Below, in pieces: positions 49,961 through 63,175 of a stretch of 64,000 nt of DNA; positions within the stretch are counted from its first letter, which is position 1, and every line of letters starts with the position of its first letter. Location: positions 49,662,001 to 49,726,000 of the forward strand of contig NC_042997.1 in the NCBI RefSeq assembly GCF_006345805.1, in the 5' to 3' direction. The DNA comes from Octopus sinensis (lineage: Eukaryota). A program made the translations under genes and the position numbers. The notes under the pieces were generated by a model. The model saw nothing but the letters and a program-made list of their open reading frames with translations. It was not told where the DNA came from and made no database searches.

Positions 49961-50276
49961 ATGATGTGGAGTTATATAAAAAGGAGACAATTTTACATTA
50001 ACCTGAAAGAGTACTCAATACTTTTTGTAGAGTGCAACTCTATTATGCTGCTTTTACGAGAATATGACTCCAAAGTTTCGGCCCACGAGACTTTATCGGA
50101 TTTAAAGTAGAGAGCTGAAACTTGGAAGTCGCTGTCACCTTTGTTTTCGTAAAAGCATAATATAAATGCATACACACGCACACACATGCGCAAACTCACA
50201 CACACGCATACATACATACACACACACGGGCGCACACACGCACACACATATAGTGAGAGAGAAAGAGACGGATACA

Positions 50277-50308
<32 letters not shown>

Positions 50309-50482
50309 CATATATATAATTAATAGTGACACAATCTCACACACACACACATACACACACACGCACACACGCACGCGTACACACACACACATACATCTAA
50401 TACAATGCCTATGTATGTTTTGTAATGATACTAGATGTCAAAAGCAGCAATCTGAAAGTGAAAAGTAGCAATCTGAGGCCCA

Positions 50483-50520
<38 letters not shown>

Positions 50521-50952
50521 TGTCTATAAACAATACAGATATGCACACTTTTTTATGTTTAGAAAGACCTTAAACTGTCAATGTTCGACTCTTCCCTGAA
50601 CTTTCAACCCGTTATTTGGGGCAGCCATCGTTTTCCAGTGATGACCTACTTGAGCGCCTACCTCAAGATGTTCACTGCTGTTTGTTTTATCGATTTGCAA
50701 CAGGATGAGAGGTTCAGGCAATCACGAAAGGTCAAACAAAACAACAACTCGTTTCAGGCTTTAAATATCCGGTCTAGATCGCAATTATGCATTGTCTTTC
50801 AATTGATATAAAGCGACACGAACACACAGACAGACACAGACGAGAGACTTGCACGCGCGTATCTAAATATGTGAATGAGTGTGCGTATGCGCACGTGCGT
50901 GTATACGTACGCGCGGGGGATATGTATTTTTGTATATATGTGTGTATATGTA

Positions 50953-51035
<83 letters not shown>
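50953..51035. repeat. (TCTA)n microsatellite
   Basis: Direct reading. Confidence 0.97.
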
Positions 51036-51046
51036 TGATATATATA

Positions 51047-51113
<67 letters not shown>

Positions 51114-51216
51114 TACACGTTCATTTATGGATGTACGTGTGTCTGCTTATATCTCTGTGTGCAAGTATATAAATTTATGTGTATACATTTGTATTTTATA
51201 TATCATATGTATATAT

Positions 51217-51286
<70 letters not shown>

Positions 51287-51814
51287 AATTCATTCATATG
51301 TATATATATATATATAAATATATAAAAAATTCAGAGTGAATACTTGATAACAGTAAGCACCTGTATACGCCAGCTAGTGGTGTAGGTGGTAGGGTATTAC
51401 CGAGTGAAAGACGGTATGGACGCTTTATTTTTGTTTTGGTGTCTCGCGCTGCTGTATGCGAATATGAGGATTTGCTTCCCAAACTTATAATGTAACTTAT
51501 AATGTAATACATGTCTTTGGTGTGGTAATTGTGCGCGGCTGAAGAAGGCAATTGACATACATATTACATCAATTATGCAATGATAAAAACTGTCTAATAA
51601 AGCCGGAAACGTATGTACCGCTAAATCCTTTGCATCCTGTTTTTCTTTTGATAAATATATAAATATATATATAGATATAGATATAGATATATATCCATAT
51701 ATATAAGTATGCATATATGCATGTATATATTTGTATATACACATACATACACGGAAGCATATATGGAATGTATGGGGGTAGGTGTATGTTTATGTTTGAT
51801 TTTATGTCTTTGGC

Positions 51815-51960
51815 GCAGGCATGGCTAAGTGTTTACGTCGCTTCCTTTGCAACTAGGACATCCCTAGTTCGATCCTACAGCATAACAGCTTTAGCCAGCT
51901 GCATTTATCATATTCCTTGATCGACCCAAACCTTGTGAGTCAACCCAGACAAATGGAACT
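51815..51960 (+). mobile_element. SINE family A, very degenerate head
   Basis: ggcgcaggcatggctaagtg...gttcgatcc...gacccaaaccttgtgagt. Confidence 0.45.
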
Positions 51961-52417
51961 GTAGCAGCAATTCGGATGCACTATATCGGCATTTTAAGGG
52001 CCCAGCTTTTCTACGTCTGTGTTCTTTGATTCTGTTTAAGGATTTCTTCAATGGCACACGCGTGTGTGTGTGTGTTTAGTACTCAGCTTCTTCGTCTTCC
52101 ACAATGAGTTGATTGTCCAGTTCGTCAAACAGCTGAATGTTCATATATCTAAATATACATAAGAATCCATTACTTGTATGCATGTATGTATGTATGTATG
52201 TATGTATGTATACCTGCATGCATGCATGCATGTATGTATGTATGTATGTATGTATGCATGTACAGGTGTGTGTATGTATGTATGCATGTATGTATGTATG
52301 TATGTATTATGTATGTATGTATGTATGTATGTATGTATGTATGTATGTATGTATGTATTTATGTATGTATGTATGCATGTACAGGTGTGTGTATGTATGT
52401 ATGTATGTATGTATGCA

Positions 52418-52615
52418 AGGCAGCGAGCTGGCAGAAACGTTAGCACGCCGTTACGTTCTGAGTTCAAATTCCGCCGAGGTCGACTTTGCCTTTCATCCTT
52501 TCGGGGTCGATAAATTAAGTACCAATTTCGCACTGGGGTCGATGTAATCGACTTAATCCGTTTGTCTGTCCTTGTTTGTCCTCTCTGTGTTTAGCCCCTT
52601 ATGGGTAGTAAAGAA

Positions 52616-52617
<2 letters not shown>
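52418..52617 (+). mobile_element. SINE family B with short internal deletion
   Basis: Family match. Confidence 0.92.
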
Positions 52618-52667
<50 letters not shown>

Positions 52668-52694
52668 TGTATGTATGTATGTATGTATGTATAT

Positions 52695-54700
52695 ATGCGA
52701 GGCTCTGAGACGTAGAAATACTCTAGTTGGTGTTTGAGGGTGCAGTAATCCACTGGCAATTAGGGACCTTAGGTCTTTCTCAAGTCATACCTCTAGGAGA
52801 AGGCTAAGTCACATATAGATCTCGCTGCCCTGCTGAACCGTGTATCTTGCACTTTGCTTGTCTCTTAGCTTCTTGGTATTGCTAGTGAGAGTCGTTGTGG
52901 TGCTGAATGGGGATTGTTGACACTTGCTTGTCAGTAATGGTCATGCTCGTCTACCGAGTATACAGACGGCCGTCATGTGTGTGTGTGTGCGCGTATGTAT
53001 GTATACATGCATACACATTTCTTTTCCTCTTTTCAATTTAGAGATAATATTGATCAGCCAACTGCTTGGAAGGGAGGTTGTGAAGGAAGGTATCTTGCTT
53101 TATTTCTCAATTTTCAAATCTTAAAAAAGTCTTGCAGAATTTTATTGTCCCAAATATCGTGATCCTTTTTTTTGCGTACAAATTAAAGTGTTGCAATCCT
53201 CTCGAAGAATCTAATTTCAGCCATACTTTGTTCTAGGAGTATTGGTGTATAGGAGTATCCTATTTCTCCAGCAATAATATGTACGAAGCTGGAAGTGCAT
53301 CTTGAGGACTGGATTTGTAAACTCCTCATCAAGGGTCTATAGATGTTCTCCTCTTGCATTCGTCTGACCACCCTGATTTCCACAATAGAGCATGTTTTGT
53401 CCATGTGGTCCCATGCAACAATATATGACAGGTTGTCTTTTAGTTTGGTGACTGCTTTCGTTTTTAAGTTCCCCCCATCAGTCTAGCTATAACCATTTTT
53501 ATCTGCTGGCATTATCGTTGTTCTTTTTCTGATCTAGAACTTTCTGGCCACTACACTATGTCACACTAGTAGACTGTTTCAAGAAGACAGTCTTTCGTAT
53601 TTGCCAACAGTATGCCAACAGGCGCAGGAGTGGCTGTGTGGTAAGTAGCTTGCTTACCAACCACATGGTTCTGGGTTCAGTCCCACTGTGTGGCATCTTG
53701 GCCAAGTGTCTTCTGCTATAGCCTCGGGCCGACCAAAGCCTTGTGAGTGGATTTGGTAGATGGAAACTGAAAGAAGCCCGTCGTATATATGTATATATAT
53801 GCCTGTGTGTGTTTGTGTGTCTGTGTTTGTCACCCTAGCATTGCTTGACAACCGATGCTGGTGTGTTTACGTCCCCGTAACTTAGCAGTTCAGCAAAAGA
53901 GACCGATAGAATAAGTACTGGGCTTACAAAGAATAAGTCCCGGGGTCGAGTTGCTCGATTAAAGGCGGTGCTCCAGCATGGCCGCAGTCAAATGACTGAA
54001 ACAAGTAAAAGAGAGTAAAAGAGAGAGTGTGGATGAAGCCTTCAGTTCTAGATGCGCACTGCCGACATTTGTTGTCCGTCAATGTTTTCTACTCTTTATG
54101 CTGTATTTGGTGGGTGTTCTCTTGCTCTTGAGTTGCATGGAGTGCAAAGTGCGATGTCATAATCTTGTCGGTTCTCCTCTATCGTTTGTGATTTTTTATG
54201 TTAAGTACCCATGCACTACTTTCCCAGTGAACTGGACCATTTAAAAAATTTTGTTGTGTTATATAGCAGTTTCCAATGCTGTTTGGGGAGCGACCTGCAT
54301 GAGCTCTTATTTTATGCCTCGCCTCAGGCTCATTAGATTGCCTAACGATGTTATTTTTATGCTTACAATGCAGTTCTCTGCCTAATCTATTCTGGTCTGT
54401 AGAAGCATGTGTTCCATCTCAGAGATTAGTAACCTCTCTGTTCCTTCCGACAACGGATTTATCGTTCATTCGCCCATCTCAAGATTGCTGATACTAATCG
54501 TTAATATTCAACCAATCAACTTGTCTAACGTCTTCCATGATATCAGTAACCAGTGGAACGGCTTCTGTATAGACATGTCTACTGGGTGGTGGGGAGAGTG
54601 TCCAGCATCACTTGTCAGATCGTATCTTTGTAGCATCAGCTGATGGATCTCTCTGCAACTAAAATTCTATCAAATTTGCTATACCAAGAATTTCATAAAT
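52695..54700 (-). mobile_element. Decayed RLE-type non-LTR element, thumb/zinc-knuckle/endonuclease region plus 3' UTR
   Basis: WDHMDKTCSIVEI...EENIYRPLMRSLQ...GTIKFCKTFLRF, homologous to 44060-44220; split by SINE-A; left boundary uncertain. Confidence 0.7.
53620..54025 (+). mobile_element. SINE family A nested in the RLE LINE
   Basis: Full-length, little-diverged copy. Confidence 0.94.
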
Positions 54701-54719
54701 TCTTTCTTTTAGAATTTAA

Positions 54720-55120
54720 TTATTTATTTGCTACCTCTAACATAGCTCACTCGTCAGCAGATGAGGTATAAAGACCTCTTTAACTATCCTCTCAAAGACA
54801 ACCACATTAACCATGGCACTTCCCATCACACTAACACTCTCACAAAGAGGGACCACGAAACTATTCTCCAAATAGATGTGACATTCATCTATTTCAACAG
54901 CGAATATACGGTTACAAAAGATAACAAAGGAACACTATTACAGATCGCCATCTTGTTTTGGTCAGCACACAATTAAATCCAGCAGAGACTCGCTGAACAT
55001 ACTAGGTCTCACTGTCATTGATGATCTTCCCTGACGATCTTACTGTCACAGCATAGTGATAACTAAGCCCTCGAAACAGAATTTTTATTAGGGCCAGAAA
55101 AGATTTCAGATCCGACTCGC
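54720..55120 (+). mobile_element. Decayed CR1/Jockey-like LINE relic
   Basis: SLNILGLTV resembles the post-RT segment xLxILGVx; otherwise heavily decayed. Confidence 0.35.
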
Positions 55121-55183
55121 CACTGATTCACTACAAAGCTCAGATGACACTCTGATCTGCCATTTGGAACGGACTACTGAACT

Positions 55184-55239
<56 letters not shown>

Positions 55240-55269
55240 CTCACACGCACGCACACACACGCGCGCGCG

Positions 55270-55308
<39 letters not shown>

Positions 55309-56339
55309 CTCACACGCACGCACACACACACGCGCGTAATTGACGTCAGCCTTGTTAGTAATATTGTTTCGACATAAACTACATCAGATGGATTGTACAA
55401 AACTAACCGTATCTCTCATACACACCTTGACACTGAGTTCACTGGACGTTTACTTGAAGGGTACTGATATCAGTGGAAAGCACAACCACCCAGACCAATG
55501 AATAAGTAGTGCACTTTATCGAATGAACACAAATGCAAACATGTCAACAAACAGGCAGGTAGACAGCGAGCGAGACATAGATACCACATAGACACCATCT
55601 TGCTGATTGGCAAGGGTTCGTTCGCAACTTCTAGGCCATATAACCCTTTTCCTGTTACCCTTCCTCCTCTTCTGGAATGCCTGATGACATTTTATTCATG
55701 ATAACATATCTCATAACATACCGCACAAAATAGCTTGCAAAAAACCTTAGATTCTTCATTTCTCGTCAGGTCTTTGCCAATTTTGTGCCTATTCTCCTGA
55801 GATCCGCTGTTTCAGTCCAGATCTATCTGAGTAAATGTTAGTGGATAACCAAAAACTTAATTTAGGCAAGTTCCTTCACTCTTCTCCCACTCACTCAAAG
55901 CTGATACCTCCACCAATTGCTCCACCTACAACGCTGTTGAACAAGTGGCAAATAATATGTGCTATAAGTAGAAGGCATTCACTTTAACCATCAATTACGA
56001 GCAATTCTCGACATTTTCGTTTAAAGTGCTAGAGATAGCAGTCAAATCTTTTTCTCAAATTCACCCACATCTTTTGGAATAAGGAAGAATATTTTTGAAA
56101 TATAGTCCCTCATATACAAACAAAAGCTAGCAGGCATTCAGGCTAGAGCATCTTGGATTATAGGTCTGATCGATAAGGACTTATTTGGCGCTTAAAAAAC
56201 ACAAATATCACTGTCTCTCCAAACGCCATCAACAATAAAACTAATAGCATTCAAAGAACATACACCTAAGATCGTTCTTTTATTTCAGTCCTCCAAGACT
56301 AATTTAACGTTTCAAGTTTCTTATCAATATTGTATTTTA

Positions 56340-56480
56340 TTCATCAAATTCCGCTGAGGTCGACTTTACTTTCCATCCTCTCGGAATCGATAAAATAAGT
56401 ACCAGCTGAGTATAGGAGTCGATGCCATTGACATACATTCTCCCACGAATTTGCTGTATTTCAGTCAAAAGTTTAAACCA
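56340..56480 (+). mobile_element. SINE family B, 5'-truncated
   Basis: caaattccgctgaggtcgac...gataaaataagtacc. Confidence 0.75.
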
Positions 56481-56924
56481 GTATTATATTCTGTTTATAA
56501 CAATATTTTTCGATGCTCCATTAATTTCCACGAAGTCGATTTCTTTTTGAGATCGGGACGTGACAGTTATTAGCTTCTTTTATTGTTTGATTGTGTGATT
56601 TTGTTCCCATATTTTGATAATATATTACCTTATTTTATTGAACTGTTCTCAGACTACTATATTATTACTGGTCCTTTGTTTACCCATTTTATCTTCTGGT
56701 TCCCATATATAAATTTGACATTCAGTACAGTAATTTGATATTATTCTTTCTTTTGCTAAAATTAGCCAGTGAAAAATGTTTAAAAATCAGAGGCTGTCAG
56801 CTTTACATAATCTTGTTTAGCTTTTACTTTCCTTTTTCGTTTTTTTTTTGTATTATAAAGATGCTGTTTTATTCCTTGCGATGATAAAGAAGCTCAATTT
56901 TCAACCAAGTAGTTTCGGATTAAG

Positions 56925-57057
56925 TGCCACTGTGTGGTATACTGAGCATTGCGCGGCACATTGAGCAAGCGTCTCTTACTGTAACCCCTGACCAATCAAT
57001 GCTTTCTCGGTGAATTTTGGAGATGGAAACTAGTTGAAAGGCCGTTGTGTACACACA

Positions 57058-57090
<33 letters not shown>

Positions 57091-57395
57091 GAAAATACAC
57101 AAACACATATATATATGTATGTAAGTGTTCTTTGTGTTTGTGTTTGTCTCACCGTTTGACAACTGGTATTAGCTGGCAGAAACGTTAGCACGCCGGGCGA
57201 AATGCTTAGCGGTATTTCGTCTGCCGTTACGTTGTGAGTTCAAATTCCGCCGAGGTCGACTTTGCCTTTCATCCTTTCGGGGTCGATAAATTAAGTACCA
57301 GTTACGCACTGGGGTCGATGTAATCGACTTAATACCTATGTCTGTCCTTGTTTGTCCCCTCTGTGTTTAGCCCCTTGTGGGTAATAAAGAAATAG
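56925..57395 (+). mobile_element. Degenerate SINE-A (56925-57165) followed by a young SINE-B (57172-57395)
   Basis: SINE-B flanked by ggtattag on both sides. Confidence 0.85.
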
Positions 57396-57429
57396 GTATT
57401 AGTTTATTCATGTCTCCTAAACTAACCGG

Positions 57430-57690
57430 TTTCATTGGTCTAGAGTTAGGTGACGTCCCGATGTATTTGTAATTTTTTCCGCGAACGGATCTGATTTTTG
57501 ATTCGTTAAAGTACTGGTGACATCTTGTTTTTCAGGTGGTCAAGATTGTCGTTCTGCTTGGTTGGCTTCCCTGTGGGGAACGGTCATCAGCCGTTCCATT
57601 TGCTTGATTCTCTCAAAGGGTCGTTTTGTTGCATTTGCTGAAGTTCAGTTTTGATCGGAGGTAAAATTTCATTGGCCTAGAGTTAGGTGA
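57430..57690 (+). repeat. Diverged relative of the Penelope 3' region, bounded by 24-bp direct repeats
   Basis: 57480-57575 is a reverse-complement match to 24785-24875; tttcattgg(t/c)ctagagttaggtga at 57430 and 57667. Confidence 0.6.
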
Positions 57691-58065
57691 TATCAGCAAC
57701 TGGTGTTTGTGTGGTGTATCTGTTAAAAAGAAGAAAAAACACTAAAGAGAAAAAGGAAAAAAGACTCAATTTCTCCTCAAAAAAAAAACAAACAAAAAAA
57801 ACAGCCAGGTATAACAGACAATTTTTGAAAACTTTAGTAGGTCTTCCAACCGTGTTTCGAAACCGCAACTACAAATCACAATACAATAATACCAGTTACC
57901 GACGTCGGTATTTACTATGTAGTTTGTTTTAATAAGCACATCTACAGTATCAGCTCTTACCAAAACGATCCCCGTGTAAAGTGGCGATGAACCGATTATG
58001 GTGTTATGCAATAAAACGTGTTGCTCAATCCCTTCCTTTTAGTTGATAACATATATATGTGTGTA

Positions 58066-59470
58066 CACAGTGTCCTGAAAATAATGCAACTGAAGTTTCG
58101 GGCTCTACTAACAATTAATAAATGAGATAAGATATGAAAATTATGCGTCCATTATAAAAGCTTAGATTGTCTTCTTGTTTCAGACTAATTAAATTCAGAT
58201 TTATAAATTAGATTATGGCTATAGACCGAAATACAATAGTAACCCTCCACAAAGGAGGTGAAAGTAATGCAGCTATAGCAAAAAGGTTTAAAATTAAGCG
58301 AACAACACTCTGGAAAATTGTCAAGAAATTTCAAGATGCTGGTTCCACCGCTGCTCGGCCTGGACGTAGCCGAAAAAGAAACCGTTCAGCTTATCAAAGT
58401 ACCAGAGGAAAGATACGGCGAAATCCTTGTTCCGTCAGAAAACTGTCTGCCACAGCAAAAATAAACTGAGCATCGATGTATCGGGTGCTGAAGGAAGATC
58501 TCAGGACTCACTCCTACTAGATGGTCTGCTGTCATGAGCTCACGTAAGTTTATAAGGCCATGAGACTGGAGATAAGTCGTCTTATCCTGTAACAGATTGC
58601 TGAAGGCACGCTGCCCAGCCTGGTTTTCTCTGATGAAAAGAAATTTGAAATCGAACAGCAGACTGTAAATCACCAGAATGACCTACTTTGGAGTGTATCT
58701 GGCTCCGTCGAATGTAGACTCATAAATCGACGTCAAAATCCACAGTCGGTTGTGGTTTGGACGACTGTCTAGAATCTGAACTGCTTCCATAGACGAATGA
58801 GCACTTTCAAGACGCACCTTAGAGTCTCCAACAAGACTCGGTACCCACAGCTCCAAACAGACACAATATTGGATTCAGAAAAAAACATTCCGGCGTTGAT
58901 AGGCAAGGACGTATGGTCCTCAAGAAACCACGATCTCAACCCGTTGAATTTTTCTGTTTGGTCCATTTATCCACCCCGAAAGGATGGAAGGCAAAGATGA
59001 CCGAGGTGAAAGTTAAATTGTGAATGCAATGTGCCAGAAAACTTAATACGAATTGATATTAATAAATATTGCAAGACATTTAATCCGACGCATCTGAATT
59101 TTCTGTTGGTACTAATGGAGTTCATCATCTTGAACTAATGATGGTTTTTATGAGATATCAAAAATGCCTTTGTTTCATAAGCGTGGAGCTGAATCTTGGT
59201 TTCGGATTTTGCTACAAAGCCAGCAACTTCGGGGAGGAGGCAAATCGATTGCATCGATCCCAGTGCTCAACCGGTCCTTATTTGATCGACTTCGAAAGGG
59301 TAAAATGTAAAGTCGAAGTCGGTAGAATTTGGACTGAGAACGTAAAGGTGGACGAAATGCCACTAAGCATTTGCCCGACACATTTACGATTCTGTCACCA
59401 CGCTGCCTTTGTGGAACTTAATGGGAAATGAAAAGTTTATTGTCTTCATGCCTTTCCTTGGACACATTAT
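58066..59470 (+). mobile_element. Decayed Tc1/mariner-superfamily transposon (maT-like)
   Basis: HTH ORF 58215-58469 (AIAKRFKIKRTTLWKIVKKF...RPGR), LVFSDEKKF...NHQND, DLNPLNFSVW, TNGVHHLE; left end TA+CACAGTG, right TIR very degenerate. Confidence 0.85.
59190..59410 (-). mobile_element. SINE family B, diverged, nested
   Basis: Family motifs on minus strand. Confidence 0.75.
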
Positions 59471-59719
59471 CCATTCGTCTTCTTACTGACTTACCGACAT
59501 TGGTTCTTGCGAATGAAAAAAATTATTAAATACTAATAATTTATCTGATTTAAAAAAGAAAAGCAGATTCTTATGTAAACCATGAACGAAATCATCCATG
59601 AAATAGCTTCACTGAAATAATCTTTTTGTAAAATATTTGCATTTCAATTGTCAGGAAATGCTATGTAAGGAGTTTTCACTTAAATACAAACATACATGCA
59701 TGCATACATAATACATACA

Positions 59720-59750
<31 letters not shown>

Positions 59751-59752
59751 GT

Positions 59753-59793
<41 letters not shown>

Positions 59794-59999
59794 CCATTAA
59801 TGTAAAGTCATGAAACAGTAGTCGCATTACATTTTACTTGAAAGGGGCTCTGCAATTTATGGCGCTCGAAGTCAGTAAAATAAATATTATCTGTAAACTT
59901 CACCTCTGCGGTTGATTTATGCAGCATATTAACTCTCTGTTGTGTAATATTATCGGATTATTTTATTATTCTTTTATTTCTAAATATGTTTTCAAGCTA

Positions 60000-60079
60000 C
60001 GTTTTTTTTTTCTCTTTCTTCATCTTCCAAGAAAGTCTGAAATCTTCAGAGTTGGAACAGACTATGACCGATTGGTTCC
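60000..60079 (-). CDS. Candidate exon fragment (NQSVIVCSNSEDFRLSWKMKKEKKK)
   Basis: Strong acceptor gCTAACttgtttgtttgttcactccAG; peptide recalls the DEG/ENaC post-M1 motif; frame stops after an A10 run and no good donor follows. Confidence 0.25.
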
Positions 60080-60871
60080 CTGGAGTGAACAAACAAACAA
60101 GTTAGCGAGCAGACATGAAGGATATCTCCAAATTTATGACTACAACAGTTGAGAGTTATTTTTACAAATAATCTTTTGGAAATCGCCTTTAAACTACTAC
60201 GATGTAAGATGAGCTTTTAGTTATTTTGACAGAAAAATTATTTAAAGAATCTTCGGTTTTCAAACTGCTTTTATGCTTTGAAAATTCTCAGTAGATCTTT
60301 TTAGTTTACAAAATAAAAAAGATAAATAATATCTACATCCAGCTTTTTTTCGTGATAGAGGGAAAATATAGGTTACTTGCATCCAGTTATAGAAATGATG
60401 TGGGAGTAGGTGTGTATTAGCAAGTTTATTTTTAACGTGTTTAATGTTGGCATTAAAGAGAACAAATTGTTTATTGGTTATTCTTTGTTAAGTTTCTGCC
60501 AAGTAAACTATATCGGTTCCTTCTGACAGTCATTGAGAGATCTCATTGCATTACTGATTACGCACAACAAACACAATCGAGAAAAAACAGTACCACTTGG
60601 TTAAAGTGATTGAATGAAATACTGTAGTTCTTTTATATCTGTGTGTATATAAAGAACCAAAACGTATTGGATGTTACACATATAAGGAATGTAAATATAT
60701 AGTTTTGTTTGCATAGTAAATAAGATTTTCTTTCACTGATTGCCATAAGAATGCTGTGAATGCAACATGGTTGAATATTAAGGTTGTTCAGAAATGAGTG
60801 TATTAAAAAGAAAATTTTCCTTGTTCTTCTTAGCGACATCAGTTCCGGAACATTAAGGCTATGCTACTTAC

Positions 60872-61075
60872 TTTAAAATCTTTCAATAAGTTCATAATGT
60901 CGGTAAATAAAACGGATAAAGAAAGAATAAAAACTATCCACAAAACAAGTTTCTGAACACGTTTTGGGTGAGAAATATTAAAGAGAAAAGGACAATATAA
61001 ATTTATCTTATGCAGATATTTTTTTGCTTGGCTTGAAAGAGGCTGTGACCATGATTTTCGTGGGCTCTTTCCCAA
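60872..61075 (-). CDS. Candidate 204-nt exon encoding one transmembrane helix (possibly DEG/ENaC-like TM1 or a type II membrane anchor)
   Basis: Acceptor tttccttAG, 68 open codons ending KRVQKLVLWIVFILSLSVLFTDIMNLLKDFK, donor AAA/GTAAGT. Confidence 0.45.
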
Positions 61076-61788
61076 CTAAGGAAACTGATGCTGTTACCAT
61101 TCCACTTAAACTGTTGCATGTCAACGACGTGCAAAAGTGTACGTACGAAAAGGCTTGAGAGGGAAGATATTTCTAGATAATGAACGTTCTTGGGAAGAAG
61201 GATTCGACTTAGTGGTTAATGTAATGCCCGGATGCTAGGAGAAGACAAGATTAGCCAGCTCCGAGTTGTAAAGGCAACTATTATAGCAGCAGTAGAAAAG
61301 GCACAAAGAAAAGACAGTATATCTGTTTGGCGATCGTCTGTGAGAGACTTAATTCTAGTCAGTCGCACGACCTTTCTCTGGATGCTTTATAGGTTGTCTT
61401 AGTGTGCAGCAGCTGTGTTAAAAATATGGGAACAATACTCATTTATGGGTGTTACGTGAGCTTTGTTGAAGGATAATAATTGTTGAGGATAAAATATTTC
61501 TGGCTCTGTATTGAAAGCCAGTTTTTAAGGATTAGTCCTAACACACGAATTCACATCGATAATATTGCAAAACGAAACAATATACAGGCATCGTATTACC
61601 ACAACATTTATGAATACAACGAAAATCAAGTTATACGGTGCGACAGTTTGTTCGCTCAGATGGTTGCATAAACACTCTGAAAAGAGTCGTCATAATAGGA
61701 AATAAAATATGGACGTGGAAATAAGAAAAATTAAAGACAACTATCATTTTGGACTTAATCATCGGCTTCGAAAATTAAAGCCATTATG

Positions 61789-61819
<31 letters not shown>

Positions 61820-62296
61820 TGTGTGTGTGTGTGTATCACCACGGACTCTCCCGTCATTAGACGACGTATGAAGGTTCGGCAATTTTTGCCGAAGAACCAC
61901 TCAGATAATATGTTTATACTGATCAAATGTTTGTGTTCGCATTAGTTCATTCCCTCCATCAAATCAACAACACCTGTACAGGTGCAACGGGTGCAACATG
62001 TCAGATGACGAAATGATGGCAAAGCAACGTGAATTGAAGAGCACAACGCAACGCTCAGTCTTGGAATCGAAACCACTATCTTGCAATTGTTAGTGCAACC
62101 ACTAAGACGTGCGTCTTCATTACATATATATTTATATGTCTGACTAGCAGGATGAAGCGGCTGACCTCTCCTGTTCGAAAGTCTATAATGGACGCAGATT
62201 GTGTGTCAAATAGCTAGCTTGAGGCGGTGGCCTCTTGGAGCTAATCATCGACAGCTTTAGTCTTATATTTATAAGATTGCCATATTAGTATGGCGA

Positions 62297-62339
<43 letters not shown>

Positions 62340-62523
62340 TATGATAATATATTAATAAAAGGAATTCCAACCTTGTCTGATTTTCACGTTTTATTTACAA
62401 TCTTATATTGATATAATACAAGATAATATTATATAATAAAATAAAATAAAATAATAGAATGTTAAACGTTCATTCTGATTGAACTAGTACTTTCATGCAT
62501 TAAATTCTGCAATCTTCAGGTTC

Positions 62524-62600
62524 ATGTAGTGGTGGTGACACTCATGCTTCACAATTTTTGAGTCAAAAATTGTGAAGCATGACTGTCACCACTACTACAT
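62524..62600. repeat. 77-bp near-perfect palindrome
   Basis: 38-nt arms with two mismatches around a single central G. Confidence 0.95.
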
Positions 62601-62980
62601 ACCAGCCTCCCCTCTCCATGCCACCGATGTTATCCTAGGGAAAGGCAAAAGCCGATACAGCTTGGCACCAGTGACGTCGCAGCTCATTTATTAACGTGCA
62701 AGTGACTGAGCACTCCACAGACATGTGTACCCTTAACAGCGTGATTCAGGGTGTGACAAGGCTGGCCCTTTGAACTACAGGTACAACAGAAACAGGAAGA
62801 AACAGTGAGAGAAAGTTGTGATGAAAGAGTACAGCAGGGTTCACCACCACCCCCTGCCGGAGCCCCGTGGAGCTTTTTAGGTGTTTTCGTTCAATAAACA
62901 CTCTCAATGCCCGGTCCGAGAATCGAAACCGCGATCCTACGACCACGAGTCTGATGCCCTAACCACTAGGTCATTGCGCC
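62600..62980 (-). mobile_element. tRNA-derived SINE related to family C
   Basis: Head gacctagtggttagggc...ggtttcgattctc; centre shared with 18070-18180. Confidence 0.75.
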
Positions 62981-63142
62981 TACACACATACACACACACA
63001 AACACACACACACATATATATATATATTTACATATATATATATATATACATATATATACATATATATACATACATACATACATACATACATACATACATA
63101 CATACATACATACATACATACATACATACATACATACATACA

Positions 63143-63175
<33 letters not shown>

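Noticed and set aside
57582-57602. CUGAUGA on the minus strand
   Set aside because: Its flanks pair with each other (GGAACGG/CCGUUCC) and no GAAA or cleavage triplet is placed to make a hammerhead.
59919-60152. Plus-strand ORF with a polypyrimidine acceptor at about 60030
   Set aside because: No donor or recognisable motif; the tract is the complement of a purine-rich stretch on the better-supported minus strand.
62138-62185. CUGACUA...stem...GAAAGUC hammerhead-like string
   Set aside because: G8 is absent without a compensating change and stems I and III cannot be formed.
62900-62980. tRNA-like sequence (and all SINE heads)
   Set aside because: A and B boxes present but anticodon and acceptor stems do not pair, and each continues into a SINE body.
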